NCBI RefSeq assembly: GCF_001194135.2
Contig: NC_068985.1
Coordinates: 78,392,666 to 78,456,665 of the forward strand
DNA from: Octopus bimaculoides
Lineage: Eukaryota
Reading direction: 5' to 3'
Length of the DNA stretch: 64,000 bases
How positions within the stretch are numbered: position 1 is the first letter of the stretch; each line of letters begins with the position of its first letter. Positions 1-13,791 of the stretch are shown here, piece by piece. The notes beneath the pieces were generated by a model. It made no database searches. It saw only the letters and a list, made by a program, of their open reading frames with translations, and had not been told where the DNA came from. Made by a program: the position numbers and the translations under genes.

Positions 1-591
1 ACAACCAGCATTGGTGTGTTTACGTCTCTGTAACTTAGCAGTTCAGCAAAAGAGACCAATAGAATAAGTACCAGGCTTACAAAGAATGTCTTGGGGTCAA
101 TTTCTTCAACTACAAAAGCCCTTTAAGGCAGTGCTCCAAGTAAAAGAATAAAAGAATACATACACAAGCACACTAGCATACCTACATAGTTCTTATATAT
201 AGATAACCATAAGCAATTCAGCTGTAAAAAGTATTAAAGAACTAGAAAAATTTTATGGAAATTGCCAAACAAATACTCTTACTTCTCATATACTTTCTCC
301 AAAAGGTTGCCCAATATTTACACATTAATCTGATTACTAATCCTGTAATTATTTCATTCTGTGTTTTATGACAAGTGCTGCTACCTTGGTGGTGGGTGAC
401 GTACTATCAGTAGTAGTGCTGTCCCTTTAATGATAAGTGTCTTGCTGTCCACTTGATGGTGATAGTATTTCTTTCTTCACCTTCTTCATAGTGTAACTGT
501 TAGATTTGGCATGCTACTCCATTAGTGATGATAGAGATGGTCCCTTCTTGGTGATAATGATGCTGGAGATAAATTTAATTATATTTCTGTA

Positions 592-1575
592 TCATCATCA
601 TCATCATCATCATCATCGTTTAACGTCTGTTTTCCATGCTGGCATGGGTTGGGTGGTTTGACTGAGATCTGGAGAGCCAGCGGCTGCACCAGGCTCCAAT
701 CCGATCTGGCAATGTTTCTACAGCTGAAGCTCTCCAAGAGTGTAGTGGGTACTTTTTACATGCCACCGGCACAGGAGCCAATCTGGGAATACTGACATCA
801 GCCACATTCGGTTGGTGTTTTTTACATGCCATCAGCACCGGAGCCACTCAGGCAGACCTGGCATTGACCACATTCGGATGGTGCTTTTTACGTGCCACTG
901 GCAAGAGAGCCAGTCTGAGGGAACTGGCCACAACTACGATACTGGTTTTACTTGACTCAACAGGTCTTCTCAAGCATATCATATCACCCAATGCATCAGG
1001 GGTATTCTTAACAGGGCCTGACATGCATGACTGCAATCTTACTTTAGTTGCCGAGTCTTCTCAATCACAGCATATCTCCAAAGGTCTCAGTCTCCTGTCA
1101 TTGCTTCTGTGAGGCCCAATGTTCAAAGGTCATGCATCACCACCTCATCCCATGTCTTCCTGGGTTTACCTCTTCTACAGTTAGGAAATGCACTTCCTCA
1201 TACAGCTGTCTTCATTCATGCATAACACATGACCATACCAGCGCAGTCGCCTCTCTTGCACACCACATTTGATGCTTCTTATACCCAACTTTTCTCTCAG
1301 GGCACTTACACTCTGTTGTGTATGCACACTGACATTACACATTCAGCGGATCATACTACTTTCATTTCTTTCAAGCTTACGTATGTCCTCAGCATTCATA
1401 GCCCATGTTTCACTGCCATGCAAGCGTGGCAGTTCGCACACATGCATCATACAGTCTACCTTTCACCTTGATCGAGAGGCCTTTAGTTGCCAGCAGAGGT
1501 AGGAGCTCCCTGAACTTTACCCAGGTTATTCTTACTCTAGTCGCTACACTCTCAGAGCAACCACCCCCACTACAG
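592..1575 (-). mobile_element. 5'-truncated RTE-clade LINE (ORF2 3' end, 3'UTR and (ATG)n tail)
   Basis: Minus strand reads GGCSESVATRVRITWVKFRELLPLLATKGLSIKVKGRLYDACVRTA with later stops and frameshifts; (cat)n tail at 592-617. Confidence 0.85.
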
Positions 1576-1828
1576 ACTTGGTCGCCTAGGTAGTGGAAGC
1601 TATTAACTACTTCTAGTTTCTCCCCCTAACATGTGATGGAGTCTGTGTGTTGTTTAATTATATTTCTGTTTGTTATTTTAGTTGTTGTTTTCTTCCTATA
1701 TTTATTTCCTGATTCTTTGTAAGAATAGACATTATGTTGTAATGACTGACATAAATACTGTTAAATCCTTCAGTATGAGCATTCAGTTGATTCATCTACT
1801 CAACTGAGTTGTTCAGACAACTGGTTAA

Positions 1829-2228
1829 CCCTTTAGCATTCAGGTTTCTCTATCAAATGTAATGCATAATTATTTACATTGTTTTAAATTATCGTATTTT
1901 AACTTGTATAAGGAATCCTTTTTTATCAAAAATTAAGTTAAAAAAATATGGGAGTTTCTTATACAAGGATAGTATTATAATCCCTTACAAACCTTTTTTC
2001 AAAATTTTAAGCCCCCAAAATTAGGGGGTTCCTTATAAACAAGGGTTTCATATACACATTAAAATATGGTAATTGTGCATTACTTTGTAGCTTTGAGATT
2101 TTGATGATGCAATTGTCTATTTTCCAAATGACAATGTAGGGGAGGTGTGAGTGGCCAGATCTGGCTGCTTTGAACATAAAACCTGTAGAATATTTGGCCC
2201 AGATGTGGCCAGTTTAAACACTAAAAGG
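1829..2228. mobile_element. piggyBac-type MITE (TTAA target, CCCTTT termini) with a nested MITE at about 1892-2069
   Basis: TTAA at 1825-1828 and 2229-2232; the nested element has inverted ends cgtattttaacttgtata / tatacacattaaaatatg. Confidence 0.7.
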
Positions 2229-2594
2229 TTAAACTAACATGAAGTGGCTGAGTATTCCACAGACATATGTACTCTTAATGTAAATTCCCCTAGCCAAATC
2301 AGGATTACTCAATATGTATAAGATAACTGGACCTTTGAATTATAGGTACAGTCCATCCAGTGGGCTTCTATACAGTTTCCATCTACTTGGCTTCACTCAC
2401 AAACCCTGCATTGATCCAAAGCTATGGTAAAAAAACACTTGTCCAAGATACCATACAGTGAATTCAAACCTGCAACGTCATGGTTGCAAAGCAAACTTTT
2501 TTACCACTAAGCTATAACTGCTTTCATGAAGTAAATGGTAGTGACAGATTGAGTTGTTAACAGTATTTAGTCTTTATTCCTTGTTCATCTAGCT

Positions 2595-2857
2595 CAGTGT
2601 TTCTCAAAGTGTACTGTACTGCCCCTGGAGGGAAGTGGAAGGATCAGTAGGGTTATGGTGGGGTAACCAAAATGAAGCAATGGATGTGAAATCAACAAAA
2701 AATAATGGGTTAATTAGGTTAAGTTTTATTAGTGAAATACAGTTGTTTTGATTTTGTTTCAGAAAGTGGTCTATGTTTGATAGTGGTGGGATGGGAGGGA
2801 AGAAATGCAACCGGGGTGCCAAGGGGGTAGCATCCCAAAAGTGTCTCGGGACCACTG
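2595..2857. mobile_element. hAT (Charlie-like) MITE
   Basis: Termini cagtgtttctcaaa / tctcgggaccactg. Confidence 0.6.
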
Positions 2858-3223
2858 CTCTTGCTTGTAATTGCTATAAAGTTTACTTCTCATAATTACT
2901 ATATTACATTAAGGTTTTTATGAGTGGGTTTGGTAGATGGAAACTGAAAGATCCCTTTCACATGTGTGTGTAAGAGTGTTCGGTTTGTATCTCCTCTTGA
3001 CATCATGTAAGCAAGCACTACTATCTTACAAGCTGTGCCATCCATTTCCAATCTTCAGTGAAAACATATCCGACCAGGGGCTAATATTACCTTGCTTGGA
3101 AACAAACGTGTGTTGACAACTGAAGGGCATCTGGCCATAGAAAAATCTGCCTCAACAAGTTCCATCTGGCTCCTGCAAGCACGGAAAAGTGAACATTAAT
3201 CCAATTATGATGTTGTTGAATTA

Positions 3224-3699
3224 TACTGTGTAACATGATTTTTATCCTTAGGTAACATGTTTCCTATTTGTGTACCCCTAGAAAATATGAAAAATGGCTA
3301 TTTCCTTCAAACCTTGCTTTTGTTACAATATTTATTCAAGCCTCAAAGAATCCCTTTCAACACATGGCTATGATGCTCCCTCAGTACTCCTGCTCATGAT
3401 CATAAATGTGCATATTGTCAGCCACTAAGGGACATGCTCAAGTGGTTAATGTCAAGCAACTGACAAGCAAATCTGTGGTATTGAACAGAATATTTGCTAT
3501 AGCAATATTTCTCCTTCAGCAACTCAGTACTGAATCAATCTGAAATGTAATGGAAAATAGATCAGTTTGAAAACATTGATGTTGATGTCACAAAAGCAAA
3601 GTTTGAAGGGAATGGTGGTCATTTTCATTGAATCCTAGATAGAATCAAATAAGAAATAACACTTACTGACCAAAGACAAAAAAAAATTGTTATACAGTG
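3224..3699. mobile_element. Non-autonomous DNA element (TIR CACTGTGTAAC), copy 1
   Basis: Highly similar along its whole length to 4791-5282; 11-bp inverted termini. Confidence 0.7.
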
Positions 3700-4089
3700 T
3701 TATTTATGCAATTATACCATATTTCATATTCTGTAATTTTTTTGAAAGTCCTCGTTTGAAAACACTATGTATTAATGGGGGAATAAAGCAAGTACCAACA
3801 ATAAACTGACGTTTTTTTCCTTTAATTATACAACCTCTCTCTCCCTCTTTCTTTCTCTCTAATCTACACTAGTTTCTTGCTATATGATAAAGAGAAAAAC
3901 TATTTAGAAAAATCAAGAAAAAATTCTCACTGAAGAAATGACAAGGCACCAGGAGTTGTGGTGATTTGTTGTACCTGAGAAAACCTATGAAGCTAAGTAA
4001 AATCACAATCATCCACACATACAGGTATGTCCATTGCAGGTGTGCTGGTGCCATGTAAAATGCACTCATACTGGTTGCACATAAGATGC

Positions 4090-4297
4090 ACTTGTGCTGG
4101 TGCTGCATAAATGCACGCATGCCAGTGACATAAAAGAAGCACCCAGCATACTCTGCAAAGTGGTTGGCATTAGGAAGGACATACAGCTATAGAAACCATG
4201 CCAAAACAGACAATTGGAGTCTGGACAGTTCCCTGGCTGGCCAGCTCCTGTCAAACCATTCAACCCATGCCAGCGTGAATGATGATGATGGTGATGA
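4090..4297 (+). mobile_element. RTE 3'UTR fragment / RTE-tailed SINE
   Basis: Same sequence family as 618-930; ends caacccatgccagc...(atg)n. Confidence 0.75.
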
Positions 4298-4790
4298 TCA
4301 ATGCTGATAGACATATTCATTTATTGATCTTCTATGCGTGTGTATATGCATGTAAATATGTCCGGAGATGACTGCCTAGATAAGTAGGTGTGAATATGAA
4401 TGCTTTCTTAGATGTGTGTGTGTATGCAAAAGTATTCAATCAAATCAGGTTAGATATGGGCTTGTGTGCCACATAGCAGCACATCACTGTATCCACCATT
4501 TATCAGTATTTGCTTGGGTCATCCTGAGCAATTCTTCAAGCAGTGTTCCAGATACTTCCTCTTCTGCCATGACCATGAAGCATGTGACAAATGCAATCCA
4601 TTCAATTAAATCCTTGGGATTTCTTGCAATAATACACAGACTTCCTTTCATTGATTACATACTCTCTTTCATTTGTAGTTTCAATCCCTGAAAACTACTC
4701 ATTTCTTTGCAAATGTATTACTTGATATGCTTACTTTAGTCTACAGTCCATGTTATATTAAACTTATCACACACAGACATCTATATATTG

Positions 4791-5282
4791 CACTGTGTAA
4801 CATGATTTTTGTCCTTGGGTAATAATTTATTTTCTATTTGCTTACCCCTCTAGAAGGTATGAAAGATGGTTAATATTTCCTTCAAATTTTGCTTTTATTA
4901 CATTTATTCAAATCCCCAAGTAATCCCTCTCAACACATGACTGTGATGCTCTCCCACTACTCCTGCGCATGATCATAAATGCACATATTGTCAGCCACTA
5001 AGGGACATGCTCAAGTGGTTAATGTCAAGCAACTGACAAGCAAGTCTGTGGTATTGAACAGAATATTTGCTATAGCAATATTTCTCCTTCAGCAACTCAG
5101 TACTGAATCAGTCTGAAATGTAATGGAAAATAAGTCAGTTTGAAAACAATGATGTCCAGGTCACAAAAGCAAAGTTTGAAGGGAAAGTTTGTCATTTCCT
5201 TTGATTTCTAGATAGTAGCAAAAAAGAAAATAATACTTACTGACCAAAGACAAAAACGAAATAAAAGTTTTGTTACACAGTG
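4791..5282. mobile_element. Non-autonomous DNA element (TIR CACTGTGTAAC), copy 2
   Basis: cactgtgtaac ... gttacacagtg; direct-orientation copy of 3224-3699. Confidence 0.7.
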
Positions 5283-5414
5283 TTATTCATCTATGAGAGT
5301 TTCCATAGTAACAAACTGTTGCATCAAGTTAAAAAAGTAACATTTGCCTCGGAAATGGCTAGGCATGTCTTACAGAATCTGAACTGGTGACTCTTCAGTT
5401 TAAGAATGGAAGAA

Positions 5415-5880
5415 TTAAGGCTGTGTGGTCAAAAAGTTTGCTTTTGCTTCTCAAACACACAGCTTCAGGTTCAGTCTCACTGACTGCATGGCACTTTGGG
5501 TAAGTGTCTTCTGCTATATCCCCAGGTTGACCAAAGACTAGGGAGTGGATTTCTACCATTGTGTTTGAGTGCCACAGACCAGGCTATTGTGATGTTAAGC
5601 TTGGACATAAATATCTATGAGTTACAATGCGCCTTCATGATGGAGCATGGTAACTGCTAAGTTGCAGGAACACCAACACCATTTGTCAAGCGATGTAGTG
5701 GGATGCAAATAGACACAAAGGCACACACAGTTGTATGATAAATACAACAGGTTTCTTTCAATTTCTGTCAACCAAATCCACTGACAAGGCTTTGGTTGGC
5801 CTGAGGCTATAGCAGAAGATGCTTGCCCAAAGTGCCAAGTAATTGGGAAGCAAGCCTCTTACCACACAGCCAGGCCTGCC
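5415..5880 (+). mobile_element. tRNA-derived SINE fragments (family S1: ggctgtgtggtaagaagcttgct...)
   Basis: Head similar to 18982 and 35582; mixed orientation, boundaries approximate. Confidence 0.55.
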
Positions 5881-6180
5881 CTTATATTCTAAATATATTT
5901 TAAATAAGTTTCAATATAAACTGGTCAGCTTATTGGAATTTTTTCTTAAATCAAAAATTTAAATTGTGAAAATATTTGTTTTTAGCAAAATGACAAACTG
6001 AAACTTTTACCTTTTTTCAATAAACTGGACAGTTTTTTTAATTTAATTAAAAATTAATATTTTGTTGTTTTTACTTCTTTTGTTATTAATTTTTATTTTC
6101 TTCAAAACAATATCATCATCAAGGTATCTTCTGTTCTTCTGAATAATATGTGACAGTCTATAGTTCAAATTCATTATCTC

Positions 6181-6346
6181 TTATATTTTTAACCAGCTGT
6201 TAGAATAATGATCTTTTGCATCTGCTAAAAATCCAATGTTAATAAGTTTAGTGATGAATTGTACCCATTTCTTCTGTAATCTACTGTGACCCAGACATTT
6301 CAAAGAGATCATGATTCTTGTAAAGTGTTCATAATTGTGTGGGTTC
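6181..6346 (-). CDS. OGFr-like gene 1, terminal coding exon (NPHNYEHFTRIMISLKCLG...NSWLKI*)
   Basis: Acceptor ctttgctgtatacag|G, phase 2; TAA at 6183-6181; HN..TRI..SL..LG motif; AATAAA at 6097-6092 downstream. Confidence 0.92.
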
Positions 6347-6385
6347 CTGTATACAGCAAAGAAATACATTTGTAAAAATCTTTTG

Positions 6386-6419
<34 letters not shown>

Positions 6420-6946
6420 ACAAGATATAAATAATGGTTTTGCATATTCATTTATTCTTTCACATTTGACTTACAGCTGTTTCTGATTAGCATTATAGGT
6501 TCACTCATTGATGTGTTTACTCAATTGGTCCATTGATCAGCTTCCAAAGCACTGACCGATGACGATAGCATTAGTTTTTTTATGTTCATTCAATTTTTCT
6601 CACCTGATCAATAGACCAATCGAGTAAACAGATTGATGAACAAACCTATAATGCTTATCAGACAGCTGTAAGACGAATTTGCAAGAATAAAGGAATATGT
6701 AAAGACCATTGTTTATGCCTCGTCTTTTATGCTACTCTGTTCAAAGACCAATCTAACTGGAAATGCAACCATGGGTTTATAATACAGAATGATGATGAAC
6801 TTATAACCTTGATCCCTGCTGTTAGCATATGTGGAGTTCTTTACTAATCTAAGAACATATTTTGTTTGCCTGGCATATTTGTATTAACAGAGAGCTTATA
6901 AAGTATTTTGTTTGGATTGATAATCCCTCATTAATAACTATACCCC

Positions 6947-6990
<44 letters not shown>

Positions 6991-7158
6991 GGGGTGCTGA
7001 AGAGTTCCTTGCTTTAGGAGTATCACAAAAGCCTGGTTGGAGGCCCAATTTTCCAAGTTCTTTTACAGTACTTATAAAAACTGAAGAACCAATAATTTAC
7101 TGATCTTCCTGTATTTTCTTTTACCCAAAGCCAGAAACTTTTCAGCACGCACCTCTGC

Positions 7159-7190
<32 letters not shown>

Positions 7191-10100
7191 CACACACACA
7201 TATGAAGTAAAAGCAGTGCTAGTGTAATAAATATTGTTAAATACATATACTAATGTATATGCTTTGTGTATTTTCCAGTGATTGCAATGGCGTAGTGGAG
7301 TATAAAACTCTCATGTTGCCAGTGTTAAAACAACTTAGTCATGGACAGGTGAGATAACTCACCCTCAATCCCATTTGGGAGTGATGGACATCAATGTTTT
7401 GCCATTTTTGTGGCTTGTCAGCATCATGTACTCACCTGGGTTGAAGGCATATCACCCAGCCAGTCCACGATTTATATGCTCATGGCTCATAAGATCATGA
7501 GCTGGTATGCCCAGAAATTTACATATGAAGTAAATGCAGCTCTAATGTAATAAATATTATTAAATACATAGGCTCATATTACAGAACGCTTTGTGATATC
7601 TGTTCCAGCCCTGCACTCAGAGTTCAAATTTCGCAGAGTTAACTTTGCCTTTCATCTTTGTGAGGTCAATAAATAAAACTAGTGACCCAGTACTGGTGTA
7701 GCTCTCTCTTTCTCTCTCTCTCTCTATCTCTCTCTCTCTATCTCTCTCTCTCTCTCTCTCTCGCTCTCTCGCTCTCTCTCTCACACACACACACACACAC
7801 TGTCACATCTTTGATGTTTCATTGGATCAAGGGGAGAGAACTAAGAAGCTGTCTGAGTCAACTCACCACTACTTAGACTGAATAACAGAGATGAGAGAAA
7901 AAGTGTGAGTATAAGAGGAACCAGTTGTAGTGTGCAAGAGAGAAGATATGTAATGCATATGAATAATGACAGTTAAATAAAAAAACAAATAGCAGGTGAT
8001 CCTTGTGGGAAGGAATATTGGCACTCTGTCAGATATGATGATAAAGGTTCCAGTTGATTCAATCCACAGAACAGCCTACTTGTGAAATTGATGTGCAAAT
8101 GGTTGAGCACTCCACATATATATGTACCCTTAACGTAGTTCTCAGGGAGATTCAGTGTGAAACAGAATGTGATAAGACTGACCAGTGCCCCTGGACTGGC
8201 TCTTGTGCGGGTGGCACATAAAATACACCATTTTGAGCGTGGCCGTTGCCAGTACCGCCTGACTGGTCTTCGTGCAGGTGACACGTAAAAGCACCCACTA
8301 CACTGTCGGAGTGGTTGGCGTTAGGAAGGGCATCCAGCTGTAGAAACTCTGCCAAATCAGATTGGAGCCTGGTGTAGCCATCTAGTTTCATCAGTCCTCA
8401 GTCAAATCGTCCAATCCATGCTAACATGGAAAGCGGACGTTAAACGACGATGAGGATGATGAATGGACTGGAGCAACATGAAATAAAGTGTCTTGCTCAA
8501 GGACACAATGCACTACTGGTTTTCAGACTCATGATCTCACAATCGTGAGCCAAATATCCTAACCTCTAAGCCACTGAAGAAATAGTAAACAAGAAAAAAA
8601 TCAGCAGAAATAGTGAAAGCCAACCAGTTCAGGAAACTGAACTTCATGAAGGAGATGACAAAGGAATACACAAGTGAAATGCTGTGTCATCAAGGACTTA
8701 TCCAACCCATGCAAACACAGAAAAGAAAACAAAAAGTACAATGGCTATGATGGCAATTCTGTGACTCCACAAAGCGCTTGTCATTGAGATACATATGGAT
8801 TTAATAGATTGTTGTTCATTTTATTGGGGTTCATAAATAACTGAACCTGGCCAATGCCAGTACCCCCACAGACTGGCTCCCATGCCGGTGGCACATAAAA
8901 AGCACCATCTGAATGTGTTCGATGCCAGATCTGCCCAACTGGCTCCTGTGCCGGTGGCATGTAAAAAGCACCAACTGATCGTGACCAATGCCAGTACCCA
9001 CTGACTGGCCCCTGTGCTGGTGGCACATAAAAAGCACCCACTACACTCTCGGAGTGGTTGGCGTTAGGAAGGGCATCCAGCAGTAGGAACTCCGCCAGAC
9101 CAGATTGGAGCCTGGTGCAGCCACTGGATCTCCAGACCTCAAGCAAACCATCCAACCCTTACTAGCATGGAAAACGGACGTTAATCGGTGATGATGATGA
9201 TGATGTTGCTAATATACCATCCTCCCTTGTTGCAATCACTAGAGTCTATGAGAGCCTGTATAAGGTTATTTTACTAGCAAAAAATAGCAGCCAAATAGTT
9301 TTGAAATAAAACCTTACCATCTTAAACAAGGAAGAATATATTAAATAATGGTAAATAAGAGGGAATGGTCTTGGATAGAATGCCTTATGGATCAAATTGG
9401 TTAACATGGAAGAATTAGACAACACCAATGACTGGTTTAGACACTGGAGAAATCAGACTTTCGAGAGGGCACAATATTCTAGGCTGCTCCTTGCACCCTC
9501 ACCTGATAAACCATTGCATGGTATGATTGATACTTTAGTTAGGCCTTCATTGAATAGATGTGGGGAATATTTGAAACAATAAATCTAATGGTTTGTACTA
9601 AATCCCTTGATTTATTACATATGGTCCTTACATGTGGCTTAGCCCTTTAGCTTTCGCATTTCATTGTCAAATGCATTGCTTATTTATTCACATTGTTTTG
9701 AATTAATCACACATTATCTTGTAGCTTTGAGATTTCAATGATGTGATTGTTGAATTTTAGAATGACATTGTAAGACAGGTGTGAGAGGTTGGATCTGGTT
9801 AGTTTTAGCATAAAACAGGTTGAATATTTGAGCTGAATATGGCTGGATTAAGTGTTAAAGGGTTAAGGGTCTACTGTCTTAGGACTGAGCAGCAACACAA
9901 TAACCTTGTTTGTGAGATAGACAATTTATCAGAGGATCTTTTTATGCACTGCACCTATCCAATGAGAAAGCCACTACATGGTTACTCAATCTCCTAGAAG
10001 TAGCAGCTCTGAGGACTTTTCTTTCTGCTAATTCTCATCCGTTTGCCATTGTCATTACCTCCATGTAAGAAGTGTTTCTAATCTAGTAGCGTCTTTCTTC

Positions 10101-12073
10101 AAACAGCTATCTTATGATGATACTCTCTTTCTTCTTATTTTCTTGATAAATATGATTGTAATTCCTTCAAATTTTGCATTGATCATTTTATGATTCTTAA
10201 GACAGTTTCTCATTACTTTCCCCTCCCCCATTTTCTTTTGTAACTTCCAACATACTAATTGGTTGTTTAATCCTTTACCATTTAAACTAGCCATGTCCGG
10301 CCAAAATATTCTATTTGTTTTATGCTCAAACTGGCCAAATACAGTCTCATACACTAACCCTACAATGACATACTAAAAGTAAACAATCTCAAAATCGAAA
10401 TCTTGTAGCTATGAGATAATGCATGATATTCATAAAACAATGTGAAGAAATAAACATTGTATTTGACAGAATAATCTGAATGCTAAAGGGTTTTTATTTC
10501 TGTTTTATTCTTGGTTGCTTTCTGTCTTATTAGAAGTGGCAATCAATAAAAAAAAATTCTCCAAATCCCACCCTATAGTCTTAAAAGAATAGAGAAGGTC
10601 ACATTGGATAACTTAGTTCTTGATGCTCCTAAAATCTACCGGATATTCCTGACTGCGGTGTCTTGTTAATCATGGGTCTGCTTTACTCAGGGCTAAAAGA
10701 TAACAACAATTCATTTATAATTAAGCAGGAATAGACATGACCAGAGGAAGATATATTTTTAGTCAGGCCAAAAGACAACAAAAATATATAAGTAGTAAAA
10801 CAAGATAAGGCATATCTAGATGAAGACAAAATGTGGTCACGCTAATAAACAACAAATCAGAAATGAAACCGGTTGGGATTATGTCTTAGTAGAGTAACAA
10901 TATAGATGGAACAAGAGATTTGTGACTCACACCTGGTCATTTGATTGATTACATACCTTTGTGATAAAAGACTTCATTTTGTTTAGTCTTAGTTTGACCT
11001 TGAACAAAGCAATAAAATGCTGTATAGCGTGAGATAAGTGTGTAGTGGCGCGAAATTATGGCCACCATTAAGGAAGTGCAATCTACGCATGTGCAAGGGA
11101 CTTGCCTTCCTGGAAGCCCCTCGAGTGCACATGCGTAGTAAAACCAGTACTTAAAGCGCTTCGCATGCTTTCTAAGCCTCTTTAGCGCAATGCTTTTGAT
11201 GTGACAGCTACTTGCTCCTTTGGCATGCCTCAATGAAGCTCTTAATATCCAGTTGCCGATAACAAGTTAACCAGCAGCTGCTAAGCTGAATAACACAGGA
11301 TTTGTAAAACCAAGCATCATCAAAAATAAAACTTAATTTTTATTATGTTGTTAATTGTTCTACTGTTTCTTAATATATAATTTTGTTAAAAGGTGATAGA
11401 GAGAGACTAATGTCTCTATTGCTACTATCAACCTTTTACAAGTGCTAGATGAAACTTATGGTCATTACCAGTAGGAAAGTATTTTAACTGCACCTTTGCT
11501 CACCCCGATTCATTCGTAACAAAACACTTTTTTACATACTTTTGTAAATGACAGAATCTTTGATTAACTTCTGGAGTGAGAATGAACTGCATAGAACTTG
11601 TTAATTGAAAGCCAAAAAAGTTTAGCATCATTCTGAAACTGCGAAGGTATCTTTTTTGGATGTTAATGTCATTTTGCATCATCTGAAAAAAAAAGAAGAA
11701 AAATGAATATATAAATAAATAAAGTAATGGCTAGAAAATGTCGGTGATATTAGAGCAATATTTGTGTGTAAATGTGGATTTGAATGATGAATGTAAGTGA
11801 AGTGGAATAAATCTGTGTGTGACATCTGTTGGGTGATTTACTGATCAGGTCTTATACATTAAAGCCTTCTGTCATTGGACTGCAATCATGCCAGAGCACC
11901 ACCCTCAATAGTTTTATTTAATCATATCAACCTTAGTACTTATTTCAGTCTGGTACTTATTTTATTAACCACAATATGAGACAATGTAGACAACATTGCT
12001 AATTTCTGTTAAGTTTGTTGTAAACGGACATGGACACAAAAAACACACACATATATACACAAAAGCATACATA

Positions 12074-12107
<34 letters not shown>

Positions 12108-12441
12108 GGCGGATGGCTCAGTGGTTAGAGCACCAAGCTTACGATCGTGAGGTTGTGAGTTTGAATCCTGGACCAGGCTGCATGTTGTGTTCTTGAGCAA
12201 GACACTTTATTTCACGTTGCTCCAGTTCACTCAGCTGTAGAAATGAGTTGCGATGTCACAGGTGTCAAGCTGTATCGGCCCCTTTGCCTTTCCCTTGGAT
12301 AGCATTGGTGGCGTGGAGAGGGAAGGCCGGTATGCATGGGCGACTGCTGGTCTTCCATAAACAACCTTGCCCAGACTTGTGCCTGGGAGGGTAACTTTCT
12401 AGGTGCAATCCCATGGTCAGTCATGACCGAAAGGGGTCTCA

Positions 12442-12489
<48 letters not shown>

Positions 12490-13754
12490 CTTTTATGATT
12501 TATGTGTTTCAGTATTAGACTGCAGCCATACTGGAGCATACCAACCCCAGTACCTATTTTTTTTTACATTTGGTACTTATTCTGTTAGTCTCTTTTGCTG
12601 AACCACAAAGTTACCAGGATATAATCACACCAACACTGGTTGTCAAGCAATGGTGAGGGACAAACACAGACATACAAACGCAGACATACAAAAACACACG
12701 TGTGCACACACACACAAACACACACATGCACACTCACACTCACACACACACACACATATACAGCCCAACCCATGCTAGCATGGAAAGCGGACGTTTTTTT
12801 TTTTTTTTGTTACAGTTCCCCAGTGAATTCCTCTCTCATAGCTGTTTTCATAGTTTCATACTCAAACCAGTGCAATTTTCTTAATAGCTGTTTTCACAGC
12901 TCTATACCAACTAGGAGATGATGAAGAATCATCGTCATACGTTTTTGCAGCAATGTGAAAGATCAGTTTAATCATTAATTATCTGTGAAGATCTGTAAAA
13001 TACAATGTACATATAAATTTGACGCTGTCTTTATTTTCATGAAGCCCTGTAAAAAAAAGTGTAGCAATAAATGTTATATATAAACTGACATCAAGTTTTG
13101 TCCATAACTACGCTACACATTCAACTGCTTTTGCAAATTGGCCCTTCAATAAAGATAGTGATAGCAGATGGTATATTTTCATTTAAGGTTTGCACAATCA
13201 GGATTGAGCAAGGACTAAGCAACAATTTCGTTGTTGAAGCTGCCTATCAAAGATGGCTATAAGTGATTCATCATTGAGCTGGTTGATATATATTAGAAAG
13301 TGAGATGAACAAGTAAAACATGTGGTATCACTTCAGAGCACGTAATTCATTGTTCAAACACAATTGCAGAGTAGTTATAGTAAATAAGGGATTAGTTTCG
13401 TTCCTGGGGCACAGCAATTTCACTTATTTCTTGTTCCTCAGAATATGTGTAAGCCTTTATGTATATATTTAATAACTTTTCCCATCGTTGTCAACAAGAA
13501 TGTATAAATAGATGCTTATACATTCTAATACTAGACTGAATATATTTCTAACTGCACACTTTTATTCAATTCCACATCTAAGCTACTCAACTCTCATCAT
13601 TTTTATTGCATCAGAATATACATAAACACATATAATTTGTGTGTGTGTATGTGTGTGTAGAGAGAGAGAGAGAGAGAGAAATATGTATTTATATCTGTAG
13701 ACATGTATATGTGTAGATATACATATCTACAGATACACATACAAACACATACGT

Positions 13755-13791
<37 letters not shown>

